Shown here: one piece after another, positions 46,703-58,493 of the stretch
Position numbering within the stretch: position 1 is the stretch's first letter
Layout: the number at the start of each line of letters is the position of its first letter
Origin: an uncultured candidate division Zixibacteria bacterium
GTDB taxonomy: Bacteria > Zixibacteria > MSB-5A5 > GN15 > FEB-12
Length of the DNA: 64,000 bases
Direction of reading: 5' to 3'
Assembly: GCA_963664195.1 (NCBI GenBank)
Contig: OY760907.1
Location: 768,001 to 832,000, forward strand
The notes under the pieces: generated by a model
Seen by the model: the letters and a program-made list of their open reading frames with translations, nothing else
What the model was told of the DNA's origin: nothing
Databases searched by the model: none
Translations under genes and position numbers: made by a program

Positions 46703-48448
46703 ATGGTCACCAAACGACGGGTCATAAAAGGCGTCTCAATCTCATCAGGTATTGCCATGGGAACAACGCGGGTAGTTCACCCCGGGTTTCTCAATGTGGC
46801 GGAAATACCTATTACGTTGGCGAAGGTCAAGCCTGAGATTGATGCCCTCGAAGAGGCTGTTCGTGAGACGATTGCGGAACTCGAGCACTTGCGCGATACT
46901 GCTGGCAAAAAGACCGGCGCTTCGGTAGCCAAGATTTTCGAGGCCCAGTTGTTGATTGCCGGTGATCTGGATTTCCTTGCGCAGGTCAAACAGCAGATAA
47001 AAACGCGCCGGCGCAACGCCGGGTTTGTCTACAACACGCTGGTAAACGAGACCATCCGTGCACTCGACAATTCGCCGGACCAGTATATGCGGCAGATGGT
47101 GCAGGAAATCGAAGCAGTGACCAACAAGGTCCTATCGCATCTGACCGGGTTTGGCGAGAAATCAACGGCCCGACTGCCTGACAACACGATCCTTGTCGCC
47201 CAGTCATTTTCCGCCAGTGACATTATGGACTACCGCTCCCGTCGCGCGGCAGGATTCATCACGGCCGAGGGTGGTTCCAACTCGCACATGGCGTTGATTG
47301 CACGTTCGTTGATGCTGCCGGCGACTCTCTCGAATAACGCGCTCTCGCAGATACCAAACGCCTGCCGGGTGATTGTCGACGGCACCAACGGCAAAGTGAT
47401 CGTTCGACCAAGCGATGACGACTGGTCGGAGTATCTCAAAAAGAGGAAGCTCCAGGGACCGGCCATTATCAGCCGGATCAAGAAGCTGGAGGAAATCCCT
47501 CCAAAGACTGCCGACGGCGTCCCGGTTAACGTCGCGGCCAATCTCGAGATCCCGGGGCCGGCAGATGATCTGCTGTCTGATGCAAGGATACCGGTTGGGC
47601 TGTACCGCACTGAATTTCTGTACCTGGAACACGTGGATTTCCCGGGCGAGGCGGCACAATTCGAATACTATTCCAGAATTGCTGAACGCTTTGCCAACAC
47701 ACATGTTATCCTGCGGACGTTTGATCTCGGTTCCGACAAGGTCAAAGACGACGGTCTCATGCCCGCCGAAGACAACCCGGCGCTGGGTTGGCGGGGCATT
47801 CGCTCAATGCTCGATATGCCACAGATTTTCAAGACGCAGATCCGTGCCATTCTCAGAGCTTCAACGCTCAAGAACGTCAAGATTCTGTTGCCTATGGTGT
47901 CGGATGTCTCTGAGCTGAGAAAAGCGAAAAAGTACGTTTCGCAGGTGATGCTGGAGCTTCGGAGAAAAGGCATCCCGTTCGATAACGATATCGAAATCGG
48001 AGTCATGGTCGAGATCCCGTCGGCGGCGCTCACAGCCAACCAACTGGCCCGGGATGCAGACTTCGTGTCAATCGGCACCAACGATCTGACGCAGTACACT
48101 ATGTCAGCCGATCGGAACAACTCGCGCGTGGCGGGCCTGTACAGTCATTTCCACCCCTCGGTGCTGAGCCTCATCCACATGACCGTGATGGCCTGCAGAA
48201 GACATGGTACACCGGTACAAATATGCGGCGAGTCGGCGGGTGATCCGCTGGCCCTGCCCCTGTTCATCGGCATGGGCGTCTCCGGCCTGTCAATGAACCC
48301 GACGAAGATTTTCGACGCCTGTCGACTAATCAAGAGAATAGACTTTGAAATGGTGAGGCACCTGGTTGACCCGGTGTTGGCCTCCAAGTCAGTTGCGGCA
48401 GTTGTCCGCAAACTGCAGAACTATAGAAATGCTGTTGAAGGCAAGTAA
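46703..48448 (+). CDS. ptsI: PEP-protein phosphotransferase (PTS enzyme I)
   Basis: GGSNSH, GLYRTEF, RTFDLGSDK, NPALGWRGIR, SIGTNDLTQY and ICGE motifs. Confidence 0.96.
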   Translation: MVTKRRVIKGVSISSGIAMGTTRVVHPGFLNVAEIPITLAKVKPEIDALEEAVRETIAELEHLRDTAGKKTGASVAKIFEAQLLIAGDLDFLAQVKQQIKTRRRNAGFVYNTLVNETIRALDNSPDQYMRQMVQEIEAVTNKVLSHLTGFGEKSTARLPDNTILVAQSFSASDIMDYRSRRAAGFITAEGGSNSHMALIARSLMLPATLSNNALSQIPNACRVIVDGTNGKVIVRPSDDDWSEYLKKRKLQGPAIISRIKKLEEIPPKTADGVPVNVAANLEIPGPADDLLSDARIPVGLYRTEFLYLEHVDFPGEAAQFEYYSRIAERFANTHVILRTFDLGSDKVKDDGLMPAEDNPALGWRGIRSMLDMPQIFKTQIRAILRASTLKNVKILLPMVSDVSELRKAKKYVSQVMLELRRKGIPFDNDIEIGVMVEIPSAALTANQLARDADFVSIGTNDLTQYTMSADRNNSRVAGLYSHFHPSVLSLIHMTVMACRRHGTPVQICGESAGDPLALPLFIGMGVSGLSMNPTKIFDACRLIKRIDFEMVRHLVDPVLASKSVAAVVRKLQNYRNAVEGK

Positions 48449-48473
48449 CTTTTAGATAACAGGAACCACGACC

Positions 48474-49565
48474 TTGTCAATACTGAACGATATCGAGAAA
48501 GTGCGGTCGCTCGACCCCTCCAATATGTATAATGCTATCTTTGATCTGCCGGAGCAGATGAAGAAGGCGCTCAAACTGGCCAGCGGATGGAATGTCCCCA
48601 AGGATGACTTCCCCGATGTTCAGAATATCGTCGTAGTCGGAATGGGCGGTTCGGCCATAGCCGGCGATCTGGCCAGGTCATACCTGTCAAAGGAAATGCT
48701 GATCCCGTTCCAGGTCTGTCGCGACTACTCCCTGCCGGAGTACGTAGACGATGAGACCCTCGTGATAGCGTCGTCCTACAGCGGCAATACCGAGGAAACG
48801 CTGTCGGCGGTCGATGACGCCCTTGAACGCAAAGCCATGATCGTGGGGCTGACTACAGGCGGGCTGCTCGAAGAGGTCCTGCAGTTGAACGAGGTCCCCA
48901 TGCTCAAACTACCGTCCGGACTTCAACCGCGCGCCGCGCTCGGGTTCTCGTTTGTACCGTTGATGGTCTTCCTTGGCAAGATCGGCCTGGTGAAAAACGC
49001 CGAAGACCGTCTGAAAGCCGCAATTGCGCACCTTGAGTCCACCCGAGGCCGTATGATCGAAGACGCCCCGGTCGGCCAGAACCCCGCCAAACAGCTCGCC
49101 GAGCTGATTCACGGTCGTATTCCGATCGTCTACAGCGGCCCGACTCTAACCGATGTCGTGGGCGTCCGATGGAAAGGGCAGATATGCGAAAACTCCAAAA
49201 TGCTCGCATTCCACAATATGTATCCGGAATTCAACCACAATGAGTTGGTGGGCTGGTCAAAACAGATTGAGCCGTTTGGCGAGAATTTCATCGTCATCAA
49301 CCTGCGTGATATAGAGGACCACCCCAAGGTCTCCGCCCGCATGGATATCGTCAAAAGCATGATTGAAGACCATGACATTCAGGTGATTGACCTCTATGCT
49401 TCCGGTGAATCACGGCTCGAACGGATATTCAACCTTATCCAGATGGGCGATTTCGTGTCGTACTATATGGCAATTCTCAGCGAGGAAGATCCCACTCCGG
49501 TGGAAGCAATCGAACACCTCAAAGTCGAATTGTCCAAGGTATCGACCAACCCTGTCGAAGAGTAG
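48474..49565 (+). CDS. bifunctional phosphoglucose/phosphomannose isomerase
   Basis: GMGGSAI, SYSGNTEET, QPRAA, RWKGQICENSK and PEFNHNE motifs. Confidence 0.94.
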   Translation: MSILNDIEKVRSLDPSNMYNAIFDLPEQMKKALKLASGWNVPKDDFPDVQNIVVVGMGGSAIAGDLARSYLSKEMLIPFQVCRDYSLPEYVDDETLVIASSYSGNTEETLSAVDDALERKAMIVGLTTGGLLEEVLQLNEVPMLKLPSGLQPRAALGFSFVPLMVFLGKIGLVKNAEDRLKAAIAHLESTRGRMIEDAPVGQNPAKQLAELIHGRIPIVYSGPTLTDVVGVRWKGQICENSKMLAFHNMYPEFNHNELVGWSKQIEPFGENFIVINLRDIEDHPKVSARMDIVKSMIEDHDIQVIDLYASGESRLERIFNLIQMGDFVSYYMAILSEEDPTPVEAIEHLKVELSKVSTNPVEE

Positions 49566-49575
49566 GTAGCCAACG

Positions 49576-49788
49576 ATGGACATCACAAAGGACACATCGG
49601 TGGAAAAGCTCGTCGAAGTTTTCCCCGGTGTAGTCCGTTTACTGATATTGGAAGGGCTTCCGTGCGTAATCTGCGGGGAGCCATTCTGGGGATCTGTGGG
49701 GGAGCTTGCCCGAGAAAAAGGCTGGGACGAGGGCCGCATTGACCTGCTGATAGTGAAGATGCGGACGGAGTTGGGCCAGGCCGGGTAG
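49576..49788 (+). CDS. DUF1858-like small protein
   Basis: 70 aa; ITKDTSVEKLVE-FP...GLPCVICGEP motif. Confidence 0.75.
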   Translation: MDITKDTSVEKLVEVFPGVVRLLILEGLPCVICGEPFWGSVGELAREKGWDEGRIDLLIVKMRTELGQAG

Positions 49789-49814
49789 CCAGCCGACAAT
49801 TCAGACCAGGCTTC

Positions 49815-49896
49815 GTAGCACGGGTCTATCCTCAGACCCGCAAGGATACTTACACATGAAAACGACTCCGCTGGTCTGAAGACAGACCTGCGCTAC
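49815..49896. repeat. REPIN: inverted pair of GTAG REP elements
   Basis: GTAGCACGGGTCTATCCTCAGACCCGC faces an inverted GTAGCGCAGGTCTGTCTTCAGACCAG. Confidence 0.8.
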
Positions 49897-50035
49897 AAAG
49901 ATCAAGTGGGGACACATATCAGCACTCAAAGAGGATATTCAACCCGAATTCATTGAGTTGACACGCCTGAGTCGCCACACTGCAGCCGTCACTCAGCCTC
50001 TTCCCCGTAAACCACACAATACTGACAACCATTCG

Positions 50036-50063
50036 TTGACAATTCGGAGTTAATTCGTATATT
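50036..50063 (+). promoter_or_regulatory. sigma70 promoter of the four-gene membrane module
   Basis: TTGACA-N16-TATATT, 5 bp before GTG 50069. Confidence 0.5.
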
Positions 50064-50068
50064 TCCGC

Positions 50069-50947
50069 GTGCAAAAAACTATCGGCAAAGCCTGCAATGT
50101 GATTGCATCCAGTTTATTCTTTCTCCTAGCTGCAGGGCTTGAGTCCTCGTTCGCTCAGGCGGCAGAGGACGGCATATTCCGCACCGAGCGTATCAATGCG
50201 ATGGTACTGGTGCTCGTGTTCTCGGGCGCAATCCTCCTTTATACCAGATGGGCTAAACAGGGCAAACCGCTGTTCCTTCGCAAGATCCCAGGATTGGACG
50301 CGGTCGAAGAAGCCGTCGGTCGTGCCACTGAAATGGGCCGTCCGGTGCTGTTCGTTCCGGGTATTGCCGAGCTTGACGAGATTGAAACGATCGCCGGTAT
50401 TTCCATTCTTGGCCGTGTAGCGAAAATTACCGCCGAATACGGCACACCCTTGCGGGTTCCGGTAAGATATCCGCTGGTGCTGGCCGCCGGGCAGGAAGTT
50501 GTCGAGCAGGCCTATGCTGAGGCCGGCAACCCCGATGGTTACGATAGAGACTGTGTCAGATACGTGGCAGGAGAGCAGTTTGCTTTCACAGCGAACGTCA
50601 ACGGCTACATGATGCGAGAGCGTCCCGCCACCAACATATATATGGGGGCATTCTACGCCGAATCGCTTCTTCTGGCTGAAACCGGCAACGCGGCCGGTTC
50701 GATTCAAATCGCCGGTACCTCGAAACCGGAGCAGTTGCCGTTCTTCATCGCCGCCTGTGACTACACGGTGATGGGAGAAGAATTGTACGCCGCCTCGGCG
50801 TATCTGTCCCACGAGCCGATAATGCTCGGCGGATTGAAGGGGCAGGATTTTGTTAAAATGTTAATCACCATTGCCCTGATCGTCGGCGTGATTCTTGTCA
50901 CGTTCGGTTACGGCGATGTCTTCCTTACCTGGTTTGACGCGGTGTAG
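50069..50947 (+). CDS. DUF6754-like membrane-anchored protein (module subunit A)
   Basis: LRKIPGLDAVEEAVGRATEMGRPV...AESLLLAETG...IAGT...PFFIAACDYTVMGEELYAASAYL; signal peptide, one TM before and one TM after the soluble domain. Confidence 0.8.
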   Translation: MQKTIGKACNVIASSLFFLLAAGLESSFAQAAEDGIFRTERINAMVLVLVFSGAILLYTRWAKQGKPLFLRKIPGLDAVEEAVGRATEMGRPVLFVPGIAELDEIETIAGISILGRVAKITAEYGTPLRVPVRYPLVLAAGQEVVEQAYAEAGNPDGYDRDCVRYVAGEQFAFTANVNGYMMRERPATNIYMGAFYAESLLLAETGNAAGSIQIAGTSKPEQLPFFIAACDYTVMGEELYAASAYLSHEPIMLGGLKGQDFVKMLITIALIVGVILVTFGYGDVFLTWFDAV

Positions 50948-50971
50948 CAACGTGGAAGGTATTATTCGTTA

Positions 50972-51631
50972 ATGAGAACAACTGTCCCGGTAATAGTAGC
51001 CTTTCTTTCCGGTCTGACGCTGATCGTGTCGTTCTTCTTCCGTGAAGGCACTTGGATCGGCGATCTTTCGCAGGAATTGATTGTCTGGCTGACTATTGTC
51101 GGTGGCTTCACCCTGCTTCTGGGTGTTGTCTCCATCACCCGAGTCAACTGGACGGCGGTGCAGCGACGCAGACCCGGCTGGGGCTATAAGATTCTGACGT
51201 TGATATCTATCTTCGCCATGGCTATCCCCTCGTTGTTGTCTCCCTCTTGGAGTCCGTGGTTTGGTCGTGCTGAGGGTTCGATTTACGATTGGCTTTTCGT
51301 CAATTTGCAGATGCCGATGATGTCGACCATGTTTGCGACACTCGCTTTTTACATCGCTTCGGCGGCGTATCGTGCCTTCAGGGCACGTTCGGTTGAGGCC
51401 ACCATTCTCCTGATCACCGCCTGCATGGTCATGCTCTGGCGCGTTCCAATGGGAGAGGCACTGTTGAATATGCTCCCCGGTGACATTCCGGCTTTCCTGA
51501 ACACCTACGTAATGGGTGGCGCCAACATGGCGGTTCAGCGCGGCATCATCATTGGCGCGGCACTGGGTGCGGCCTCCATGTCCCTTCGCATTATTCTCGG
51601 TATCGAGAGAACTTACATGGGGAAGGGATAG
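50972..51631 (+). CDS. conserved hypothetical polytopic membrane protein (module subunit B)
   Basis: about 6 hydrophobic segments; FYIASAAYRAFRAR and RGIIIGAALG...LRIILGIER motifs. Confidence 0.8.
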   Translation: MRTTVPVIVAFLSGLTLIVSFFFREGTWIGDLSQELIVWLTIVGGFTLLLGVVSITRVNWTAVQRRRPGWGYKILTLISIFAMAIPSLLSPSWSPWFGRAEGSIYDWLFVNLQMPMMSTMFATLAFYIASAAYRAFRARSVEATILLITACMVMLWRVPMGEALLNMLPGDIPAFLNTYVMGGANMAVQRGIIIGAALGAASMSLRIILGIERTYMGKG

Positions 51632-51634
51632 CCT

Positions 51635-52471
51635 GTGAGCTTCTGGAAACAACTTGAAGGTATCGACAGGCGCTGGATATACCTGGCTGTGGGCGTAGCG
51701 GTGATATTCCCGTTCATTTTCCCAACCCCTTTGCCGATCAGCATAACGCCGGAGTCGCAGTCTTTTTACGACGCAGTCGAGGATCTCCCCGATGGCTGTA
51801 ATGTGTTTCTCGTGTTCGACTACTATCCGTCGACAATCGCAGAATGCGAGCCAATGGCCAGAGCGGCGCTGCATCATTTCTTCCGCAAGGACTGCAAAGT
51901 AGTCACTCTCAGCAACATACCTCTTGGCGGACCTTCGATGGCCGAAAAGGTCACACGAGAGATGGCGGAATTGTACGGCAAAGAATACGGCGTGGATTAC
52001 GTCAATCTTGGATACAAATACGGCTATGTCGCCGTCATGCAGGGAATGGGCTCCTCAATTGAGTCGATCTTCCCAACCGACAACAGGGGCACCCCGCTGT
52101 CTGAGTTGCCCCTCATGGACTCGGTAAAAAACTACAGTGATATGTCGTTCCTGTTCGAGATAGCTGACAACGCGACTGCCGATTATTGGGTGTCGATAGT
52201 CAACGCCCAGTACGGTCTTCCAATGGGTTGTGGCACGACTGCCGTGAGCGCACCAAAATACTATGCTTTTGTATCTTCCGGTCAATTCGTCGGACTGCTT
52301 GGAGGCATGAAAGGCGCCGCCGAATATGAACTGCTGGTAGGCAAGTCAGGTACCGCGGTGACAGGAATGGGTGCCCAGTCGCTGGTCCATCTGTTGATTA
52401 TTGCTCTTGTGATACTTGGCAATCTCGGGTTTTTCATCATGAGATCGCAGAGTAGAAGGGGGCAGGCATGA
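51635..52471 (+). CDS. conserved hypothetical membrane-anchored protein (module subunit C)
   Basis: DRRWIYL N-terminal TM; YGVDYVNLGY and GLLGGMKGAAEYE motifs; C-terminal TM. Confidence 0.8.
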   Translation: MSFWKQLEGIDRRWIYLAVGVAVIFPFIFPTPLPISITPESQSFYDAVEDLPDGCNVFLVFDYYPSTIAECEPMARAALHHFFRKDCKVVTLSNIPLGGPSMAEKVTREMAELYGKEYGVDYVNLGYKYGYVAVMQGMGSSIESIFPTDNRGTPLSELPLMDSVKNYSDMSFLFEIADNATADYWVSIVNAQYGLPMGCGTTAVSAPKYYAFVSSGQFVGLLGGMKGAAEYELLVGKSGTAVTGMGAQSLVHLLIIALVILGNLGFFIMRSQSRRGQA

Positions 52472-53106
52472 GTGGCATAGAACTGCTCCAGCTCTGGATC
52501 ATCGCCTTCTTCACTCTGGCGCTGTTCTCCTTCATGTACAAAGACAACCCGATCTACAAGGTCGCGGAGCATATATTCGCCGGACTTACCGCCGGTTACC
52601 AGGTCGGACTTGTCTGGGACACCGTCATCTTGCAGCAGTTGTGGAATCCGATGGTCAACGAAGGCGACTGGTGGTTGATAATCCCCGGTGTCATGGGTTT
52701 TCTAATGTTCGCCCGCTTCTGGGAGCGCTTCTCCTGGGTCTCGCGCATTTCGCTGGCCTTTGTCATGGGCGTTACCTCCGGTATCTTCCTGACCTCGCAG
52801 CTTCACGGTCTCGTACTCCCCCAGATGAAAGATACCATGCTGCCGCTGTGGAACGGCGACGGTTTTGCCGCTCTGGCGCTCACGCTGATCGTCGTTATTG
52901 GCGTCATCTCGACCCTGATCTACTTCTATTTCTCGAAAGAGCATACCGGTGCGCTCGGAGTCACGGCAAAGGTCGGTATCTGGTTCATCATGATATCGTT
53001 CGGCGCGCACTTCGGCTACACCGTCATGGGTCGTGTATCACTGCTGATTGGCAGGGTGCAGTTCCTGATCGAGGATTGGATCGGATCGTTTTCACAGATT
53101 TTCTAG
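52468..53106 (+). CDS. conserved hypothetical polytopic membrane protein (module subunit D)
   Basis: about 6 TM; SFMYKDNPIYKVAEHIFAG, YFYFSKEH and FGAHFGYTVMGR motifs; ATGA overlap with subunit C. Confidence 0.8.
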   Translation: MSGIELLQLWIIAFFTLALFSFMYKDNPIYKVAEHIFAGLTAGYQVGLVWDTVILQQLWNPMVNEGDWWLIIPGVMGFLMFARFWERFSWVSRISLAFVMGVTSGIFLTSQLHGLVLPQMKDTMLPLWNGDGFAALALTLIVVIGVISTLIYFYFSKEHTGALGVTAKVGIWFIMISFGAHFGYTVMGRVSLLIGRVQFLIEDWIGSFSQIF

Positions 53107-53146
53107 GCATTCTGTGCCTCAACAACTGAATTCCTGCAGGTTCGTC

Positions 53147-53806
53147 ATGATGAAAAGCTCACTATTCTTCTGTTCGATATTCCTCTTGTTCCTCTCAGGC
53201 TGCGGATCGGTCGACGACGGCTCCATTTATGACACCGCCGACAACCCGGATGGTTTTCCGACCACAGCCCTCACGGTGATCGAGAACGTTCGCGACGGCA
53301 AACTCGCCGATTATGAATCAGTCACTGTCGCCTTTGGTGATCTGTACACCGAGAATCCGGACCTGCTGGATCAACCGGAATGGAACAACGTCATCCAGCT
53401 AATCGGAAATGTCTTCCGAACCAGGGCCGACAGCCTGGCAAAAACGGGAATCGAGAACCTCGCCCGAACGGCCGAACTCTATCAGTTAGCCCTGTTGGGC
53501 AATCCTGAGGACAAGGCACTCCAACGCGAGGCCGGTCTGTTTGCCATCTGGTTAGAAGCGGAGGAAAACGCCTCGATCCCCCTGGCTCCGCTGCTGAACG
53601 CCAACAGCATTCGGCTGGGCGACGCTATCATCGTGGCCGGACACGTCTTGAGAGCGGGAGACGACAGTGCAGAATTCTTTGAGGACCGGCTGAAAGGGCC
53701 CGTTATGGACCGCCTCATCGCCCGAAACCAGCTCACGCCGGAGGTTGTTGCTGCCCTCTCCCCGGTCGAACGGGAATTAGCTACCCGGGCTGGATTGATA
53801 CGGTAG
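53147..53806 (+). CDS. hypothetical helical lipoprotein
   Basis: LSGC lipobox. Confidence 0.65.
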   Translation: MMKSSLFFCSIFLLFLSGCGSVDDGSIYDTADNPDGFPTTALTVIENVRDGKLADYESVTVAFGDLYTENPDLLDQPEWNNVIQLIGNVFRTRADSLAKTGIENLARTAELYQLALLGNPEDKALQREAGLFAIWLEAEENASIPLAPLLNANSIRLGDAIIVAGHVLRAGDDSAEFFEDRLKGPVMDRLIARNQLTPEVVAALSPVERELATRAGLIR

Positions 53807-53921
53807 AAATCAGCGTCCGGTCACCGATCGTTTTGCCAAATACGGGGTATTCCACCGAGATTTCTGCTTGTCAGCTATATCTTGTTTGGCTACATTCGGT
53901 TAATTCTGGAAAGGAATTGGC

Positions 53922-54911
53922 ATGAGAGTAGTTATCCCGGTAGCAGGGATCGGCACAAGACTCAGACCGCACACACATTCGTTGCCCAAGCCGCTGTTGC
54001 ATGTGGCCGGCAGACCTATCCTGGCACACCTGCTTGACCCAATCGTGCAGTTGGACCCGGAAGAGGTTGTCTTTGTTATTGGGTTCCGTGGCGACCAGAT
54101 TCGCGAATATGTGGAAGAGAACTACTCTTTCAAATCTACTTTTGTTCATCAGGATGAATTGCTGGGATTGGGGTACGCCCTCAATCTGGCGGTCAAGGAT
54201 GTTACCGACGGAGACGTATTGGTCATCCTGGGCGATACGATTGTTGAATGCGACCTGAAGAAGTTCGTGAGCGCCGGCGACTATGTCCTCGGCCTCAAGC
54301 AGGTCCCGGATCCGGAGCGGTTCGGGGTAGCGGTCGTAAACGATAACCGCGTTGTTGAGTTGGTGGAAAAACCGGAAAAACCAAAAACCAACCTGGCCGT
54401 CATCGGGCTGTATTACTTCAAAGATGTCAATACCGTCAAGAGAGCGCTCAACAAGCATGTTGGTTCCGGTAAGACTACACGCGGAGAAATCCAGTTTACG
54501 GATGCCCTCGACGATATGATCCGAAGCGGCATATCGTTCGTGCCGTACGAAGTCAACGAATGGTTCGACTGCGGCAAGACAGAGACCCTCCTTTCCACCA
54601 ACGAACATATTGTCACGACCAAGAACCAGACCAAAGCGCTTGAGGGATGCATTCTCATACCGCCGGTGTATGTACACCCGGAGGCGAAGGTCGTGAAGTC
54701 CGTAATCGGCCCCAACGTTTCGATCTCAGCCGGCTCGACAATCACAAACTCAATAATCAGAAATTCCATTATCGGCAGCAACACAACGGTGGATCAGATG
54801 ATCCTCGAGGATTCGCTGCTTGGTCACGATGCATGCATCAAGGGAACCAGCCAGGTGCTGAACCTTGGTGACTCCTCGGAAATCAACGCGGAGAAGAAAA
54901 CCAATATCTAG
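53922..54911 (+). CDS. sugar-phosphate nucleotidyltransferase with LbH domain (long-form glucose-1-phosphate thymidylyltransferase-like)
   Basis: PVAGIGTRLRPHT-PKPL, LVEKP, GEIQFTDAL and WFDCG motifs; hexapeptide C-terminus. Confidence 0.9.
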   Translation: MRVVIPVAGIGTRLRPHTHSLPKPLLHVAGRPILAHLLDPIVQLDPEEVVFVIGFRGDQIREYVEENYSFKSTFVHQDELLGLGYALNLAVKDVTDGDVLVILGDTIVECDLKKFVSAGDYVLGLKQVPDPERFGVAVVNDNRVVELVEKPEKPKTNLAVIGLYYFKDVNTVKRALNKHVGSGKTTRGEIQFTDALDDMIRSGISFVPYEVNEWFDCGKTETLLSTNEHIVTTKNQTKALEGCILIPPVYVHPEAKVVKSVIGPNVSISAGSTITNSIIRNSIIGSNTTVDQMILEDSLLGHDACIKGTSQVLNLGDSSEINAEKKTNI

Positions 54912-54951
54912 TGCCGTAAACATTTCGAACGGCAGATAAGGAGAATTGCCA

Positions 54952-57379
<2,428 letters not shown>

Positions 57380-57410
57380 TCCCGCAAACGGCGAATGAAC
57401 CGGCATTCAT

Positions 57411-57445
57411 GAGGGCGAGGCCGTGAAAGTCTCGTCCTCTTTTTT
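57411..57445 (+). terminator. intrinsic terminator after ahcY
   Basis: GAGGGCGAGGC-loop-GTCTCGTCCTC followed by T6. Confidence 0.75.
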
Positions 57446-57494
57446 GTGAGACAAAAAGAAAAAAAGATAATGGACACATACTCTGGAGGTTGAC

Positions 57495-57923
57495 ATGGCC
57501 AGCGTAAAGGACGGCAGCACAGTCAAGGTACATTACACGGGCAAACTGGAAGACGGCACCGTGTTCGATAGCTCCCTGGAGCGGGAACCGCTGGAATTCA
57601 AGATCGGTGCCGGCAGTATCATTCCCGGCTTCGAAAAGGGCATCATGGGCCTGGAAACCGGCGCGAAGAAGACCTTGACCATCGCCCCGGAAGACGGGTA
57701 CGGCGACCCGAGCCAGGACCTGATCGCGGTGGTGAAGAAGACTGAATTCCCGAAAGATATCACTCCCGAATTAGGCCAACAGCTCCAAATGCAGCGCCCC
57801 GACGGTCAGATTGTCAACATGGTTATCTCCCAAATCGATGGCGATGACGTCACGCTGGATGCCAATCATCCACTCGCCGGCAAAACGCTCATATTCGATA
57901 TTGAACTGGTCGAAGTGGCCTGA
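57495..57923 (+). CDS. slyD: FKBP-type peptidyl-prolyl isomerase, SlyD/SlpA-like (no His-rich tail)
   Basis: VKVHYTGKLEDGTVFDSS and LDANHPLAGKTL motifs. Confidence 0.9.
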   Translation: MASVKDGSTVKVHYTGKLEDGTVFDSSLEREPLEFKIGAGSIIPGFEKGIMGLETGAKKTLTIAPEDGYGDPSQDLIAVVKKTEFPKDITPELGQQLQMQRPDGQIVNMVISQIDGDDVTLDANHPLAGKTLIFDIELVEVA

Positions 57924-57957
57924 AGACCGCCTGATTCAGCAATAAATGGCAAATCTA

Positions 57958-57992
57958 ACCCGGTAGACCCCGTGTCTGCCGGGTCTTTCTTT
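57958..57992 (+). terminator. intrinsic terminator after slyD
   Basis: ACCCGGTAGAC / GTCTGCCGGGT followed by CTTTCTTT. Confidence 0.65.
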
Positions 57993-58493
57993 GTCCGTTG
58001 GACTCGCCCACACTGCATGCCAGTGTCGCTATGTAACTGCCTTGCAAGAATATAAGCATATTCTTCAACCAAATTAAAATCATCCAGTTTCCACTGCCAC
58101 AATCTGACAGTGAATCTCATATCTTACAATTAAGCGAAGGAGAAACGGGGGGGGACAGTACAAGAAGCACTTGGGGCGAATAGATAAATAAGAGAAATCT
58201 GGTCGCGGGCCAGTTCACGTCGCTGACAACAGAGATGACTGATATCGGCTGTTTCCTTTCGTGCAATCGGGCCATGAGAGTCGGAGGGGAATAGTCGTTT
58301 ACGGTCGGGTTTCCGATCCTGTAGTGCCTATTGGGAACCCGGCCTTCTTGTGTTCCGGATCATCTGACACCATCGTTTACAAATGGCCAATCCCTCCTTG
58401 CCTGCATCCACGAATATCGTATCTTGCAACGAGATGGAACAGTGCCCATCCGAAGGCGTGTGTTCTTTCGATCAACCAACACAGAAGCCGACT

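Noticed and set aside
54912..54951. SAM or SAH riboswitch before metK-ahcY
   Set aside because: The gap is only 40 bp and has no aptamer consensus
57993..58490. 500-bp intergenic stretch with an AT-rich patch, a G8 run and an 84-aa minus-strand ORF
   Set aside because: No supportable promoter-terminator pair, RNA motif or protein motif; the G8 run is not in an evident gene or promoter spacer
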